NCBI GenBank assembly: GCA_973895155.1
Contig: OZ316899.1
Coordinates: 2,007,573-2,071,572, forward strand
Reading direction: 5' to 3'
DNA from: Marsupella aquatica
Taxonomy: Eukaryota > Plantae > Marchantiophyta
Length of the DNA: 64,000 nt
Made by a program: the position numbers and the translations under genes. Below the pieces are notes generated by a model, which was not told where the DNA came from, made no database searches, and saw only the letters and a list, made by a program, of their open reading frames with translations. The stretch's first letter is position 1; every line of letters begins with the position of its first letter. Positions 1-12,785 of the stretch are shown piece by piece.

Positions 1-9
1 AAGAGGATT

Positions 10-585
10 TTGGGCATGGAGATCACTAGAGACTTGGAGGCTGGTAAGCTATGGTTGACACATAGCAACTATGCGAGGAAGGTAATTGCTAGGTTCAACA
101 TGGGGGATAGTAAGCCAGTAAGTACCCCTTTGGCTGCACACTTCAAATTGTCATTGTCTTTTTGTCCCACAAATGCGATAGAGAAGGGGCTGATGTCAAA
201 GGTTCCTTATGATAAGGCAGTGGGAAGTCTCATGTATTTGATGACTTGCACTAGACTTGATCTTGCCATGGCTATGGGCAAGGTGAGCAGGTACATGTTA
301 AATCCAGGGAAGGTACACTGGGAAGCAGTGAAGTGAATTTAGTGTGAAGATACTTGAAGGGTACCATGGATCATGGTCTTTTATTTGATGCAAATGCAAA
401 GAATGCAAGATCATTGATTGGCTATGTAGATTCTGACTATGGACAAGATGTGGACCGAAGGAGATCAACAACAGGGTACGTGTTCACACTTGGCAGTGGA
501 TGCATAAGTTGAGGTCTACTTTGCATAAGTGTATTGCTCAGTCTACTACAGAAGTAGAGTATGTTGCAGCAGCGGAAGCAGCAAA
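10..585 (+). pseudogene. copia pol fragment (RT C-terminus and RNase H start)
   Basis: ORF 10..336 plus continuation with stops/frameshift; canonical copia motifs. Confidence 0.93.
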
Positions 586-1083
586 CACTGGTAGAAATAT
601 CCCCTATTTTTGACCATAAAATACGACTGACTATGACTAAAACCGGTCATCTATGACATTAGATCACTGACGTCATTCTTGCAACTAGTAGTCGTAAAAG
701 TGGTGACTTTGATTGACTTAGTCATATTATTGACTAGTGTCAATAGTCTTTTTAGTGACTAGAGGGTCAAGTATTTAGATCTATACATCAGTCAAACATA
801 AGTGACTCATACTGACTTAGTTCGAGTCCTATAGGGTTTTCCATGAGTGATTGGTAACACTGATTTGACCGCACTAGTTTCCGTAGACAATGATGTCATT
901 CATATTCGAGACTGAGTCATTCATGCCACAAAAGCACAAATCCAACTAACAATGGCATAATAACAGAGTAAAAATATGAGCAATCCATCAAAAAATAGAG
1001 TATTACACAACATCATGTAGTAAAAATTGTGGCCATATATTGAAACAATCCTTCAGATTTGAGTCTCAAATTGTACTTGGTAC

Positions 1084-2615
1084 CTAACACTCTACAAATT
1101 TCTCTGGCCACATCACAAATGATTCCACAGCATCCACAAGATGGATGTGTGGCAGATCATCTCCCTTGTTTGGAAAGGGTAGAAGATATTTTGGCTTACT
1201 GACAGCAGTCAGTAACAACACAACATGATCAGCAAGTACCTTCTTTCCATGGAAAGTACTTGTTTCAATTTGAAGTATGCAGTTCCCAACACAAACACCA
1301 GAATTATCAGTTGCCATTAGCCTAGAAGACTGTGCTACAATGCTCACTGCTATCCCTTTTGGAGAATTAATATTCCTCTTCTTCTTTGGTGCATTGTAAG
1401 GCAAAGTCTCCTTCCCACTGTTTTTGGTCCTCATCTTTCCCATGTTCACCAGTGGTGGGGATTGAGAAAACTCATCTCCAATACCTGAGGGAGGCTGAGA
1501 GTCTATGAAAACCACATCATTCTCATCACTCTGCTTCTCTTGTGAATCTGAAAATTTGGTAGCCTCTAAGTTTTGTCTCCTCTTCCTGCCTGCTGGATTT
1601 GGCATGCGCACCTCCTCCTGTGCTGGCTCTGTACCTCAAGAGCAGCCACAAATTCCTTCATCAACAACTAAGCATATTTGCACTAAAGCTCTCAACAAAC
1701 CATCAAGTTTGCACTAATTGAACGTACATCGCATAGATACTCAACCACATTAATAGACCAGACAGAGGATTCAAACCAACATTTACTTACTCTCAATGAT
1801 AGTTGTACCAGGTTCAATGATCCCAACGCTCCCTTCATCACACTTTACCCTTTTGATTTCTGCCACAACCTCCTATTTTGTGGGTTTCTCTCCAGTAAGC
1901 TTTTTCTGGAGCACATAAACATTGCAAGACACGTTTCTCAATGTCAATCTTGCCTAAACATACCATGCTGCTACAACTACATACAGTCAACTCCAATATT
2001 GAAATGTAAATACAGATTTGTATGGCATGGGAACCCAACCAATTTGGATACTACTGGTGCATGTCCTCCCCTCCCTGTAAGCGTAGGGTTCTTCACTGCA
2101 TTTCTAGCAGCAATCATTTGTGCAGACTTCTCCTGTCCTGCCCTAGACAGGAATGTCCCTCTCAGTCGAGCCCATTGTTCTACATGAACACTTGGGGGTG
2201 CTTCAGCATGTGCTTTACTGCCATCAGCAATCCATGCTTTGTGCAATCAATGCCTCTCTATTTTCATGATAGTTCGTCCATATTCTACAAGACAATCAGC
2301 ACTGACCCCTTTCCCAGAATTCCCCAAATATTCCCATTTATCTCGCATATATTTGCAAACCAATTCCCAGTCAGATGGATGTTGACAATTAAAGTTAGTA
2401 CAACTAATGTCCAACCATCGTAGACACTCCATTCGCAGGTCATTGTGCCATCTATTCTTTCCAGCACTCATCGTTGTGATCCGGCCTTCATCATCAACTT
2501 CGATAGTACCCAGCTTCACATTCTCACCTCTCCCAGTGCTCCCTGACGCACTACTTGGTGTTGCAAATCCAGGAGTTCCTCCCCCATGGCCTGCGGGGGG
2601 TGTAATATAGTACAT
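1084..2615 (-). pseudogene. CACTA second-ORF (TnpA-like) remnants, DUF8039-like C-terminus
   Basis: ORFs 2247..2615, 1977..2246, 1084..1611 (LPFPNKGDDL..LVDAVESFVMWPEKFV); 2247..2615 is paralogous to 24392..24817 in the second CACTA. Confidence 0.65.
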
Positions 2616-5600
2616 AGTTAGAAATGATAGAAAAAATTATAAATTTTGAACTTTTTCTAAGTCAAAGGTGCAGTATAGTTACCTTTTGTAGCAATTTAGA
2701 TCAACTGAACACTTTACCTAATGCCATGCTACACCGGAGACTACTTCCTATTCTGGATCTTGAACGACAGCGGAAGTCTTTACCTTTCTATCGGCATCAC
2801 GCTCAAGACATGGATATAATTCAAGAAGCTATGCAAGAGAATACCTGCACAAGTGTTCAACAACCGGACCAGTCAGCACTACTTCAGGAGGATTGACCTA
2901 CTCCATCCTTCGAGTCAGGATTAGTCAATCTCCACCATTTTTGTTAAATAGTTATCATAGTTAGAAAAGTATCATACTTTTTCAGGAGATAGCTCTTATG
3001 TAGCAGACCATACCCTGAAAGTATCGACCAAAACCGACATGTCGTTTAGAAGTTATAGCATTTTTAATTTTGTTTAAGCGTGAGTGCGAAAAGGCGCAAC
3101 GGCGCTAGTGCTCCAAAGCGCAAAGGCGCAACGGCGTTTCTGACACTTGGAAAAATTTCCGGAAAAGTGTATTTTATATCCGACAGCACTTTTTATCGAT
3201 TTTATTAAGACACTTAGACACCTCAGAAAAGTTTAAAATTTTGCCAGCATGTAGCATGCATATAAATCTTCCACCTAGGAAAGTTTCACCTCATTTTGAC
3301 TTTTATGTTAGAAATTAAAATTCTGATAAACTCACTATTTATTAGTTTTACCACAAAAGTACAAAAAACACTTTTACTCCAGTTTACACTAGGGATAACT
3401 TTTGGTTAGTTTTTCATTCCAGCAAAATTCTAGTGAACCTTGAGTACTCTTATAGCTTATTTTCATACTTTTTACTTTAGTTTATGACCCTTGAGATATG
3501 AAAGGGCATGTCCTTTCATTATCCTTTTTCCCCTTTAGTTTCTGCTAGCCTATATGTAGTAGAGTTTTTGCCATTTTTTGTGTGAAGAAATTTCATGAGC
3601 GCTCAGTTGCAAGATTGCAACTTTGTTACCTCCATTTGTAGCAAGCACTCCATTGCATATGAGTACTTAATACAAAGGAATTCTTCCCCCTTCAAGTCTA
3701 AATGAATGAGAAGTTTGGACCCTTGAAGTAATTTTTTTGTGATTGTTAAATCTTTTGAGTATGTGGAAATAGATTCCTTGTTGATGATGTTTCACATATT
3801 CCTTAGTTCTTGATGCATAATTTTTGGCGTGACATTGCTTGTGCACGGGATGCAAAGATTGTTACTTACCAATTACTTATGGCTTCAAATTTGATCATGA
3901 TGGTGTCTCTTATTTGTGACACAAAGTACCGATTGGATACAGAAGTGATTGATTACTAGTCTCCACTCAGTACCTTGGAAGGAAAAGTTGAGACATGTTG
4001 ACGGCATTTTAGTAATCATCCTAGTACCGTAATCCTTTCCAGAAATGTTCTTGCGGATATACCACCTAAATCATATCAAATGAAGTTATGTTGAGGAGTC
4101 ACCTTGGTTGTTTCCTAACTCCCTCACCATACCTCAAGATTTTCATTGTGTTTTATTAATTGTTTCCATTTGTTAATTTTATTTTTAATGTCAAGCAGAC
4201 AATTTAAACTATGTCTTGCTGAGCAACCATAGTAAAAGGCTCAACTTTGTGTTTTTGTTACCTTATTCATTCATAAGTGCTAAATCATAGAAAATCATTC
4301 CTTACATGTTCTTCCATGGGAACGAATATCAAGTTTTGGATCTTAAATGTTTATTTATGTCCCTAGTGTGATACTACAGGGGGTGTGATATGGTTATCTG
4401 AAAAGAGAAACGCAATTTATTAACACCATTAATATCATATGGTCTCTGTGAATTACCTGATTTAAATACTTTACTTACAATTGCTGTAGAAAATACCTCC
4501 TCCCCTCCGCAGAGTCTCTGTCGGTTGGATTGAAGGTGCTGGTGCTGGTGCTGGGTTCCCACCATACCCACCATAACCTTGCCATCCTGTCCCCATTGGA
4601 TGAGGACCTCCCATGAATTGCCCCGATGGCCCCATTGACCCTCCTTCATACATATTTGTGGGCTGCATACGGTCCCACATTGGGTCTGCCACTCACATCA
4701 GACCAGGAAAGTTGTCATACTCAGACCCACATCTATTGAGGAACACAAGTAGCCAATTGCAGCTCAAAATACACTTGTCCACATTCATGAAACAAATTCA
4801 AATGTTCACACTTACTTGGCCAACTAGGACCCATATAGTTGGCAGAAGGGCCTACACCCATAGACCCGCCATAGTTATTGCCCCCCTGTCGTGCTTGCGG
4901 CCAGTTATAGTTGGGGGCATTAAATTGCGGGTTATTGCAATTGTTGTTGCTCGGGGCTTGGGCTGAGTATACAGAGGGCGTTGGTCGAGATCTCATAGAA
5001 GTTCCCCCAGTTGCCTTACTGCAAGCAGGCTTTGGTGGAGGGGTAGGATTTGGCATGTCATCATCCGATGACATGCTAGTACTTGCATTCGGATCTTGGT
5101 CAGGATCATATTTTGTATCACCACCATTAGGCATGCAATCCTCTACCTCATTCTTATCAGGAGATTCAGCCATTGAAATAGGGGTCTTTGAAGTCAACCT
5201 CTCACTGCGTCGCCTAGGTCCGTCAGGATTACAAAAGGTCTTCCGTCTACAATGACTCCGCTTTGACAGTGTTGGGATACTTTTGTTACTGCAACACCCA
5301 CATGAAATTCGACACGGGTTATGAATGTAGTAGTCCATTACAGAAGCTACACAATGAACAGACGCACACAAGGACATACGCATACAGCTCATACTATGCA
5401 CAGTTCCCTTACATATCCAAAATAGCCTCTTGCACATCACCCAACAGGGCTGCGGCACATTGCTGAACCCATGCTCGGTGTTTGACAGCCTGCTTCTCAT
5501 ACTCACACATGCCATTTTCATCTGGCATCCTACTCACCAAGTTGCTGCGGTTGCACAAACAAGTCATCCATTTATTGCTCATATTTGCTACTCATTGCAC

Positions 5601-5864
5601 TTCAAAGAGTCACCTACTCACAACAAAACAGATCCATCTACTCATCATCTTCATCCATCTTAGCTTCAACCTCTCCCTCATAAGTCTGTCTCACTGTCAA
5701 GAGGATGTACTCCCTGGTCCCCTGGCCCCGATGTACAACGTCTACTGCCGGCTGTTCAAAGGCCCCATGTGCATCCAAACTGAACTCTATTTTAGTACCC
5801 TCCATCCTTCGAACTCTAGGTGAGCTATGGCAGACTACACGCCAACCACGAGACTCCTCCACAT

Positions 5865-6900
5865 CTAAAAAAACACTTGCTCAACTTGACTTGGGAACAC
5901 AAAAGGCTCCATCCATTCTGCCAGTCTTTGGTTAAAATTGACCATTAGAAAGCCATCCATATCCCGTTTCATGGTTGCTCTTGGCCCATGCCAATCTGGC
6001 TTCACCCATGAACCTTTCATTAGGATGATTTTTTGTGTTGTGTTCCCATAATTCAGTGCCCAGATGTCTGCCAACTCCCGACATATCCCATCTCCATGCA
6101 GCCCCTATTGTTCTGAGCATCTATATGCTCAAACACAGATATTACCCCCAAATTATATGTCACTAAATGCTTGTCCTCATCATCATGCACACGGTACTGA
6201 TTCCCATATGCTTTCATCCGTTTATACCGCTGTACAATACGTCTGGGAGGCACAGACAAGAGAACATCTCTATCCATGTTTGGGTTCTGCCTGCTATGCT
6301 CTCGAATTGTTGTCCTGATCCACTCAGGAAAAGTAGGGAATGCCTGGTGATTTAACCCTAATTGGGCGGCCTTCTGCACATTATATTCCCTGCATACAAT
6401 GATGACAATGAGAACAATTTCTCAATACAATGTACATATCCTACCAAAATGGATATGAATAAAGAAGGAATGCAGGGAGGGTGCGGAAACATGAGTACTC
6501 ACTGCCACCAAGGTTGCATCATGACTATATTGTGTAACACATATAAGTGTGCTGCATCACGAACTTCTGCAGACAATTACATGGAAGTAAAAGCGCCTTG
6601 AAGAACCTCTCCAACCACCCCCTCTTCTTCCTCAGCATCCCACACCCTGCTTGTAACACTCTCTACACCAGCCATGTATTCTGTTAGGAACCCCAAGGTC
6701 TCTTCTTGAATGTAACCGAGAGCCATGCTTGCTTCAGGCCTATAATAAGTACGTACATGGCCTTTTAGCAAGTTCATGTACCATTCCATTGGATACATCC
6801 ACCTTGTACTCACTGGGCCATAGTGGCCCAGATCTTCAACCGCATGGATGATCAAATGAGTCATGACATCAAAAAATGCCATTTTCAGACAATGTTCCCA
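5865..6900 (-). pseudogene. CACTA transposase C-terminal part (DUF4218/DUF4216 region); N-terminal catalytic region absent
   Basis: FFDVMTHLIIH, GPVSTRWMYPME.YM..LKGHV, EASMALGY, EPFVFPSQVEQVFF; aligns with 31014-32142. Confidence 0.88.
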
Positions 6901-7971
6901 TGTTTTTGAAATAATATGGGTGACTTGAATGTCTTGTAGTTGACATTGTGTCTCTATACCGTGATGCTCAATGAGTTTTCTCCTAAGGATATTCAATCTT
7001 GCACTCTGAATACCTGGGACAAAAAAGACTCTGACCCCTTGGAAGATGGGAGCACACTGGGAAGGTGGAAGGTGTCACGTCGTAGGCTTCGGCCTTAACT
7101 CAGACTTCAGCTTAGACGGGCACATCCCTCGTAAATCTGAGGGTTCGGGCAGGAAGGGAAGCACGTAATGCACCTTATTCTCGTAAACTAGCGGTAAGTG
7201 CGCATACTGCTAAATACGGACACCTCCTAGGTATGGTTTGTGTTCCGCCGCCGGAACGTACCTTAGTCGATAGCAGGATCGACCCCGGCTTAAGGGCTTC
7301 TAAGCCTTCGTGCTGTCCGCCTTCGATCCGGATTCGATGATACAGGTCCTCAACCCGTGCTCGCAACCACTTACCCGCAGGCTGCACCCTGTGCACGTCT
7401 CGGGTAGTGCGTTCGGCCTGGCGCTGCCACCCATATACGAGAAGCCCACACACATATGCGCACACATGCATACAATCTCGATTTACACGAAGGAAAATGA
7501 TGGGAAAGGATTTTACTACAAAGGGAACATATGCGTACACTTAGTTGACACGACAGCCCTGGAATGCACAGGTTCAAGGCCGAGGGTGCACACTACAACG
7601 GAGCCCGGCTCCGCACTCGCCCGACGAGCTTAGTCCTACCCCCTCCCCTTGGTACTCTATCATTCCCAGAGGTCGGGACTCCCCGCATGTCCCGCGGATG
7701 TTCGACTCTGAAACTAAAACCCCCCCCCTTGCCTCTACCGAGGGGTGCACTAAATACTAAGAGCCGAGGAACGGGGTGTCCTCTCGCCGAAGATTCGCTG
7801 ACTAAGGTCCTAACTAAGCTGACAGTCAGGCCGGAAAACGGCTGTGTCTTATTAGAAGATCCTAATCTACGCAGGCTGGACAGCAGGGCAGCGCTACTGT
7901 ACCTAAGGCAGGTGCCTGTCCCAAGAGCCTGACTAAGCCAATCCTAATCCTAATCTATTCCTACTCCGCCG

Positions 7972-10620
7972 CTAATGCTTGGCACGCTTGCCAGAGCCGC
8001 CCGAATGGGAACGGCCATCCCGCTGCCTTCGAAGCCTGTCATTGTCCGCTTTGAGGAGCTGGACCTGGTCCAGCAGAGATTCGTTCTCTCGCCTCGCCGC
8101 GTCCGTCTCCTCTGCTGCCTCCTGACATGCCTCCTCCAGCTGCTGGGCGTCGCTCGTCAGTTTACTCGCCAGCTGGTCCTGCTTCTCGGCCTTGGTTTGG
8201 AGCCGCGCCATCTCGGCCTGCAGCATGGCTATCTCCGTCGCGTCCCGCTGGGCTCGCTCCTCGGCCTCCTCCAGGTCTTTCTGCCAGGTGACAGCTTGTT
8301 TCTTCAAACTGTCAATCTGGTTCCGGAGTCGTGTAATCTCGGCCTCGTTCCCAGCTTTGGCCTGTTCGGCTAGGGCGGTAAGAGCGTACGCCTTTGCTAA
8401 CAACTCATCGGCGGCTGCAACCTTGGGTCGTAGTTGCAGAAGCTCAGCCTCTTGAGCCGCCACTTCGTTCTTTAGGTACACGGACTCCACCCGGTACCGC
8501 TCTATCCTTTGAAGGGCCTCCGACTGGGCCCGACCTGCCTTTACGGCGGCAACCAACTCCTGATTGAAGAAACAGGCTACCTTCCAGGCCATGAACTCCC
8601 CGGTATCCCGGGCAATTTGATGAGAGAAATCTCCCAGAAGCCCGTTCAGAAACGTACCCTGTACGAAGAGTTCCGGGTGGTCCAAGTTGTGCCTGTCCGG
8701 ATTTGGGCACGGGCAGACATCAACACGCGCAGGGGCCGGGGCAGTGACGTCCAGCCCTGGGGACATAACGTTGGAAGGGGCTGGAGTGTCCTCCTGCAGC
8801 GATGTCCGGTTCTCCGGAATTGCCATCGGCGGGTCCTTGGGAGACCCGGGTTCGGGTAAGACCTCTGTCGTACCAACTTCTGTACTTAGCCCGGCTAGTT
8901 GGATCGCATCAACGGTTGCGACGACCGACCCCTCCGGCGCCTCCTCGGTTACGATTACAGCTATTTGTGGAGGTGGGGTGGGTGAAGCTGGCGTGTCCAC
9001 TGGACTTCGGGCCTCGGGTTGGGGCCGTCTCTCCAATGCCGGAAAAACCCACCTAGCTGGGACCAGCTTTGTAACGTTGATGCGGGAAAGGGTTCGTCGA
9101 TCAAACCGGGCGTACCACTCAAGAATGATTTCGATATGGCTAGCGAAATACGCCTTCCCGCCAATGTACAGCGTCTTCCTTCGCCGCTCCATCTCTTCAT
9201 GGAATTTCTTAGCGAAGTACGACGCCCATTTCCTAGGTCGATAGTTCTCGACCTGGATAACCTGGGCGGTGGAGATCTCCCCCCGGGGTTCCATCATGTG
9301 GAGAGCGTACCTCTGGAACTCCAGCCGCTCAGCTATCTCGGGCATGAGGCAGGTCCTCATCACGAACCCGTTGTCTACTGATCCCTCTGAGGGAAAACTT
9401 GAAGATTGGTACTTGGCCCCCTTGCCCCCGGGAGCCCGTGATTCGACTCGATGGTCACCTTCGGGTAACCCGAAGATCATCTTGAGCCGTTCTTCTGTGA
9501 GGGACATATTCCTTCCCCGCAGCCGAGTCTGTTGACGTACGTCGTCATAATTCTTGACGAATTCTGTCATGTCCTCCCCGTAGTACCTGCAAGTGTTCCA
9601 GGGGAGAGAGGTGAGGTGCTCAAATCCCTGAGTCTTCAGGTACACCGCATGCTTGGGATGGAGGATGTTGCTATGAACGTTTTCCCCCATGCGATGCATC
9701 GTCACGTTGGCTACGGCTACCGTGGCCAACGGTAACCCGGATGCAGTGGCGGATTCCTTCCTCTTCTTTCCCCGTGACTGACTCGGGGAAGGTGATACTT
9801 CCCCATCCTCCCGATCGGGCCTGGGGAGTGCCACTGCGGTTGGTAACGGGCCCGGGGCGGCCACGGTCACTATGTTGTCTGCTGGGGCCGCTCTTGGGGT
9901 CAGAGCAGGGGGTGGGGACGATATAGTGTCGGCCCCCCGCGCGCTTGTTCCTCTGGGCCGCCTGGTCAAGGGTGGGGTAGCCTTGTCGTCATCGCTAAGA
10001 TCCACAGCGTTGATGATGGAGCGTACCTGTGCTGGCTGGGTGATAGGTGGTGGGGTTTGGCTAGGCTGCGGCTGAGGCTGAAGCTGAAGTTGAGGCTGGG
10101 GTTGCATGGGCACGGGTACGGGTATGGGTACAGGTCCGGCTGAGTTGGTCATGTTGGTTGATGGCCGAGTTCCCATGAAGCTCTGCAGGTGCTGGTAGAA
10201 GTTCTCCGAAGCGAGTGCGGACGCCCTTGTCGAACGGTTGGTACTGGACTCGCCGTTAATGACAGCCCAAACCTGGGCAGGGATGTGGTCGAAGTGATGT
10301 CGCTGCAGGTCGATTGTACCCGGGATATTGAAGACCTCGTCCGGAAGCCGAAGCAATGCTTCCCAGAACCCGATATATTTGTCTCCGTTGAAGAAGTACC
10401 CAGATACCTCAGTTGGTCGGTAAAGCTCGCTCTGAGACGGGTAGTCAAAGTTAAGGACGTAGTGGTGTCGTCTTGCTAGGCGGATGGCTCTCTCGTATTC
10501 GCGTTCGATCTCGTATCGGCGCGGGTTGGCGTGTTTCAATGAATCGGCCAAGTGCCTTCCGGTAGATAGGAACTGCGTCCAGAATCGAATGGCCGAGCTG
10601 GAGAGGATCGTGTGCGACAT
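7972..10620 (-). CDS. 882-aa LTR-encoded protein: Pro/Gln-rich linker, central plant-retrotransposon accessory-like domain, C-terminal coiled coil and basic tail
   Basis: Uninterrupted ATG-to-stop ORF; central EFVKNY..RLRGRNMSLTEERLKMIFGLPEG resembles accessory ORFs of Athila/Tat elements (Transposase_32/PMD-like, tentative); heptad-rich C-terminus; disrupted homologues at 21578-22938 and 16841-17320. Confidence 0.85.
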   Translation of the reverse strand: MSHTILSSSAIRFWTQFLSTGRHLADSLKHANPRRYEIEREYERAIRLARRHHYVLNFDYPSQSELYRPTEVSGYFFNGDKYIGFWEALLRLPDEVFNIPGTIDLQRHHFDHIPAQVWAVINGESSTNRSTRASALASENFYQHLQSFMGTRPSTNMTNSAGPVPIPVPVPMQPQPQLQLQPQPQPSQTPPPITQPAQVRSIINAVDLSDDDKATPPLTRRPRGTSARGADTISSPPPALTPRAAPADNIVTVAAPGPLPTAVALPRPDREDGEVSPSPSQSRGKKRKESATASGLPLATVAVANVTMHRMGENVHSNILHPKHAVYLKTQGFEHLTSLPWNTCRYYGEDMTEFVKNYDDVRQQTRLRGRNMSLTEERLKMIFGLPEGDHRVESRAPGGKGAKYQSSSFPSEGSVDNGFVMRTCLMPEIAERLEFQRYALHMMEPRGEISTAQVIQVENYRPRKWASYFAKKFHEEMERRRKTLYIGGKAYFASHIEIILEWYARFDRRTLSRINVTKLVPARWVFPALERRPQPEARSPVDTPASPTPPPQIAVIVTEEAPEGSVVATVDAIQLAGLSTEVGTTEVLPEPGSPKDPPMAIPENRTSLQEDTPAPSNVMSPGLDVTAPAPARVDVCPCPNPDRHNLDHPELFVQGTFLNGLLGDFSHQIARDTGEFMAWKVACFFNQELVAAVKAGRAQSEALQRIERYRVESVYLKNEVAAQEAELLQLRPKVAAADELLAKAYALTALAEQAKAGNEAEITRLRNQIDSLKKQAVTWQKDLEEAEERAQRDATEIAMLQAEMARLQTKAEKQDQLASKLTSDAQQLEEACQEAAEETDAARRENESLLDQVQLLKADNDRLRRQRDGRSHSGGSGKRAKH

Positions 10621-10720
10621 TCAGAGGAGATAGTAGTGGCGACCTAGAGAGAACGAGAGAGCTGGGGTCGAAGCTGGCGCACGGACTGATGGACTGGTGC
10701 ACTACAAAGGGTTGGCTCCC

Positions 10721-10730
10721 CTTTTATACT
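10721..10730 (-). promoter_or_regulatory. Putative TATA box of the LTR promoter
   Basis: AGTATAAAAG on the minus strand about 100 bp upstream of the 882-aa ATG; same motif at about 23040 in the related LTR. Confidence 0.55.
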
Positions 10731-12065
10731 TTGAGGGCTTGTCGATCCCCGACGTCTCCTCGACGCCCATAGGTTGAACCGCTCACGCTTGTGGTGTACC
10801 GGCCACTCCGCCGGTCTGAGTCAGCGTGCGTCAGTGGCCGCTTCCTTAAGTTCGTTATACGGACCCGAGGGAGGGGCCCCTCCACGCTCGTAACCCGGGT
10901 GTGCGAATAGCGACCCGCCGCCAGCCCGAACCTGAAGTCCCCCTTATTGCCTAATGATGTCCTACCCCTAATGATTACCTAAATACTGTCGTTATGCTAA
11001 TAATAGCGGCCTAAGACCCACCTAACGCGCGTGCCGAGCGCAGTTAGACTGAATCACTCATTAACCGCCGTACCGGCGGCGTCACAGAAGGGGGACAGGT
11101 TCACGCTTCCGTTTGGAAGGCATGATGCCTCCTATAATAAAAGCCAATAGAGAAATACCAGTGCCCGCGTTGCCTGTCCCTCAATGCTTCAGCCCAATGC
11201 TCTCTGATGACACAAAGTGCACTCTAGCTCCCTGATTGTGGCCCACATGACAGGATCGAAAGTCAGTACATGCAGTAAATCCCAGCACGGAGTTATAGGA
11301 CAAACCATATACTCTTCAGCCAAATTATTTTCACCATGTGTTCATGTAATTACATTGATGAAAGTAGAACGATAGCCTGCTTCAGTATACATGTGGCCCT
11401 TTATATTGTCCTGTCTGAATATAGCCTGAATTCACATTCGAATACCTGTATCTTACGTGACAGTGGTGGGGACTGAGAATGATATCATTAAACTGTCCAA
11501 TTTCCAGTCACATCTGTAATTGTACAAATGTATGGGTCAGGCACACGACTTAAGATGACCTTTGTTAAGAGCCGAAACAAATACATAATGGTAGCTATAT
11601 ATGTATTTTCATACTCCAATGCATGCATGTTGTTTTACTCCAGGCAACAGTCTGCTTGGAATCTTTAGTCTTTCACAGTTATGGTCTCTTACCATACACA
11701 CTGGAAGTGGAAAAAACACAGACATCCTTGTGCAGGCCCTAACTTTGAAATTGCAATTAACTTAATCAGTCTTCAAAATATAAGTTAACTTAGTTTTTGA
11801 GGTGTCATCGTGTACGAAAGTATAAGGACAACCATGTATAGCTGAACTGAAAAAGCAAAATCCAAATTTACTATGCACTCACAAAGTTGATCAACAGCTC
11901 ACTGTAGCAGGGTGTCTCTGAGCTATGGTAGACAGTGCAGTGAGGTGCCCACTTCATAAAAAAGTCCAAAATGTGAGATGTGAAATGTTGGATTCATTGT
12001 GCTCAGCCTGTTGGTGCTGATCCACTTGTTTTGTTGCTGGCGCTGGAGGTGTCATCCAGCAATAG

Positions 12066-12785
12066 TCAAGTCAAATGGTCTCTCGCAGGGGTCTGCAAAT
12101 GAGGGTCAATCGTATGGAGGTGGCAATACAAAAACCACCTATCAACCCCGTGTGCAGAGTGGGAATAAATTTGGCGGTCACATGCATACCCTTCTGTCTG
12201 AAGGGCTAGTAAACACTCATGGTGCCAGGCTGTGGGACATCTGGGACAATGGACCATGTCTATCCAGTAGTCATCATCAGGCTCCCCACAAGCAGGACAA
12301 ATATGTAGTGGGCAAAGAGAGTTATCATGGGGCAGGCATGTCAAACAAAAAAAATGAACACAAAACCTGTCAGGACATTTCCGCAGCTCTGGTTGATCCC
12401 CCCCAACAGTGCCGTTTGTGCCACATTGAGCACACTTGCTGATATTAGTGGCACAATCAAAGCAGGTCCAAGCACCCCGATGGTCCCCCCGGAGCCCAAC
12501 CCCAGGGCATGTATTCTGTGGTGCATAAGTGGACCAGGAATTGACATGGGATTGTCTCAGGCAGGGGCCATCACACATGACCAGGTCACCTCCATCGTCA
12601 CAAATGGCACAAACATGAGCGGCTTTCTGATGAATTTGTGCATTGGACCAATGATGATGTCTACTCATGGAATGGTGCCTCACCTGTGATCCGCCTCTGC
12701 GTGCTGGCCGTTTTGGACGAGCCATGACTTCTACCTCGACAAAAAACAACACAATATGGCCAGAGTCAGTGACGTAGTGAAGCAT
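12066..12785 (-). CDS. EDM2-like composite triple-PHD finger domain (captured gene or fragment inside CACTA)
   Basis: CAICDDGGDLVMCDGPCLR, WTCFDC, KCAQCG, CPLHICPACG, CPRCPTAWHHECL, LYCHLHTIDPHLQTPARDHL; matches the remembered EDM2 PHD-region pattern ending IYC..H.ID..L.TP.R.H. Confidence 0.8.
   Translation of the reverse strand: MLHYVTDSGHIVLFFVEVEVMARPKRPARRGGSQVRHHSMSRHHHWSNAQIHQKAAHVCAICDDGGDLVMCDGPCLRQSHVNSWSTYAPQNTCPGVGLRGDHRGAWTCFDCATNISKCAQCGTNGTVGGDQPELRKCPDRFCVHFFCLTCLPHDNSLCPLHICPACGEPDDDYWIDMVHCPRCPTAWHHECLLALQTEGYACDRQIYSHSAHGVDRWFLYCHLHTIDPHLQTPARDHLT

Larger units (their letters stand above)
7073..11086 (-). mobile_element. Solo LTR (4,014 bp) of an Athila/Tat-type Ty3/gypsy family, containing a long ORF
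   Basis: TG...CA ends, 5-bp TSD GAAGG (7068-7072, 11087-11091); colinear with the LTR at 21112-23404, which abuts a PBS and gag; no internal direct repeats, gag or pol. Confidence 0.9.

Noticed and set aside
3090-3136. GC-rich AAAGGCGCAACGGCG direct repeat with a GGCGCTAG half-site
   Set aside because: Direct rather than palindromic, with only one half-site; no support for a link to motif A.
7975-10479. Many short plus-strand ORFs overlapping the 882-aa ORF (and similar shadows over other TE genes)
   Set aside because: Antisense or alternative-frame by-products of GC-rich coding sequence, with no independent motifs.
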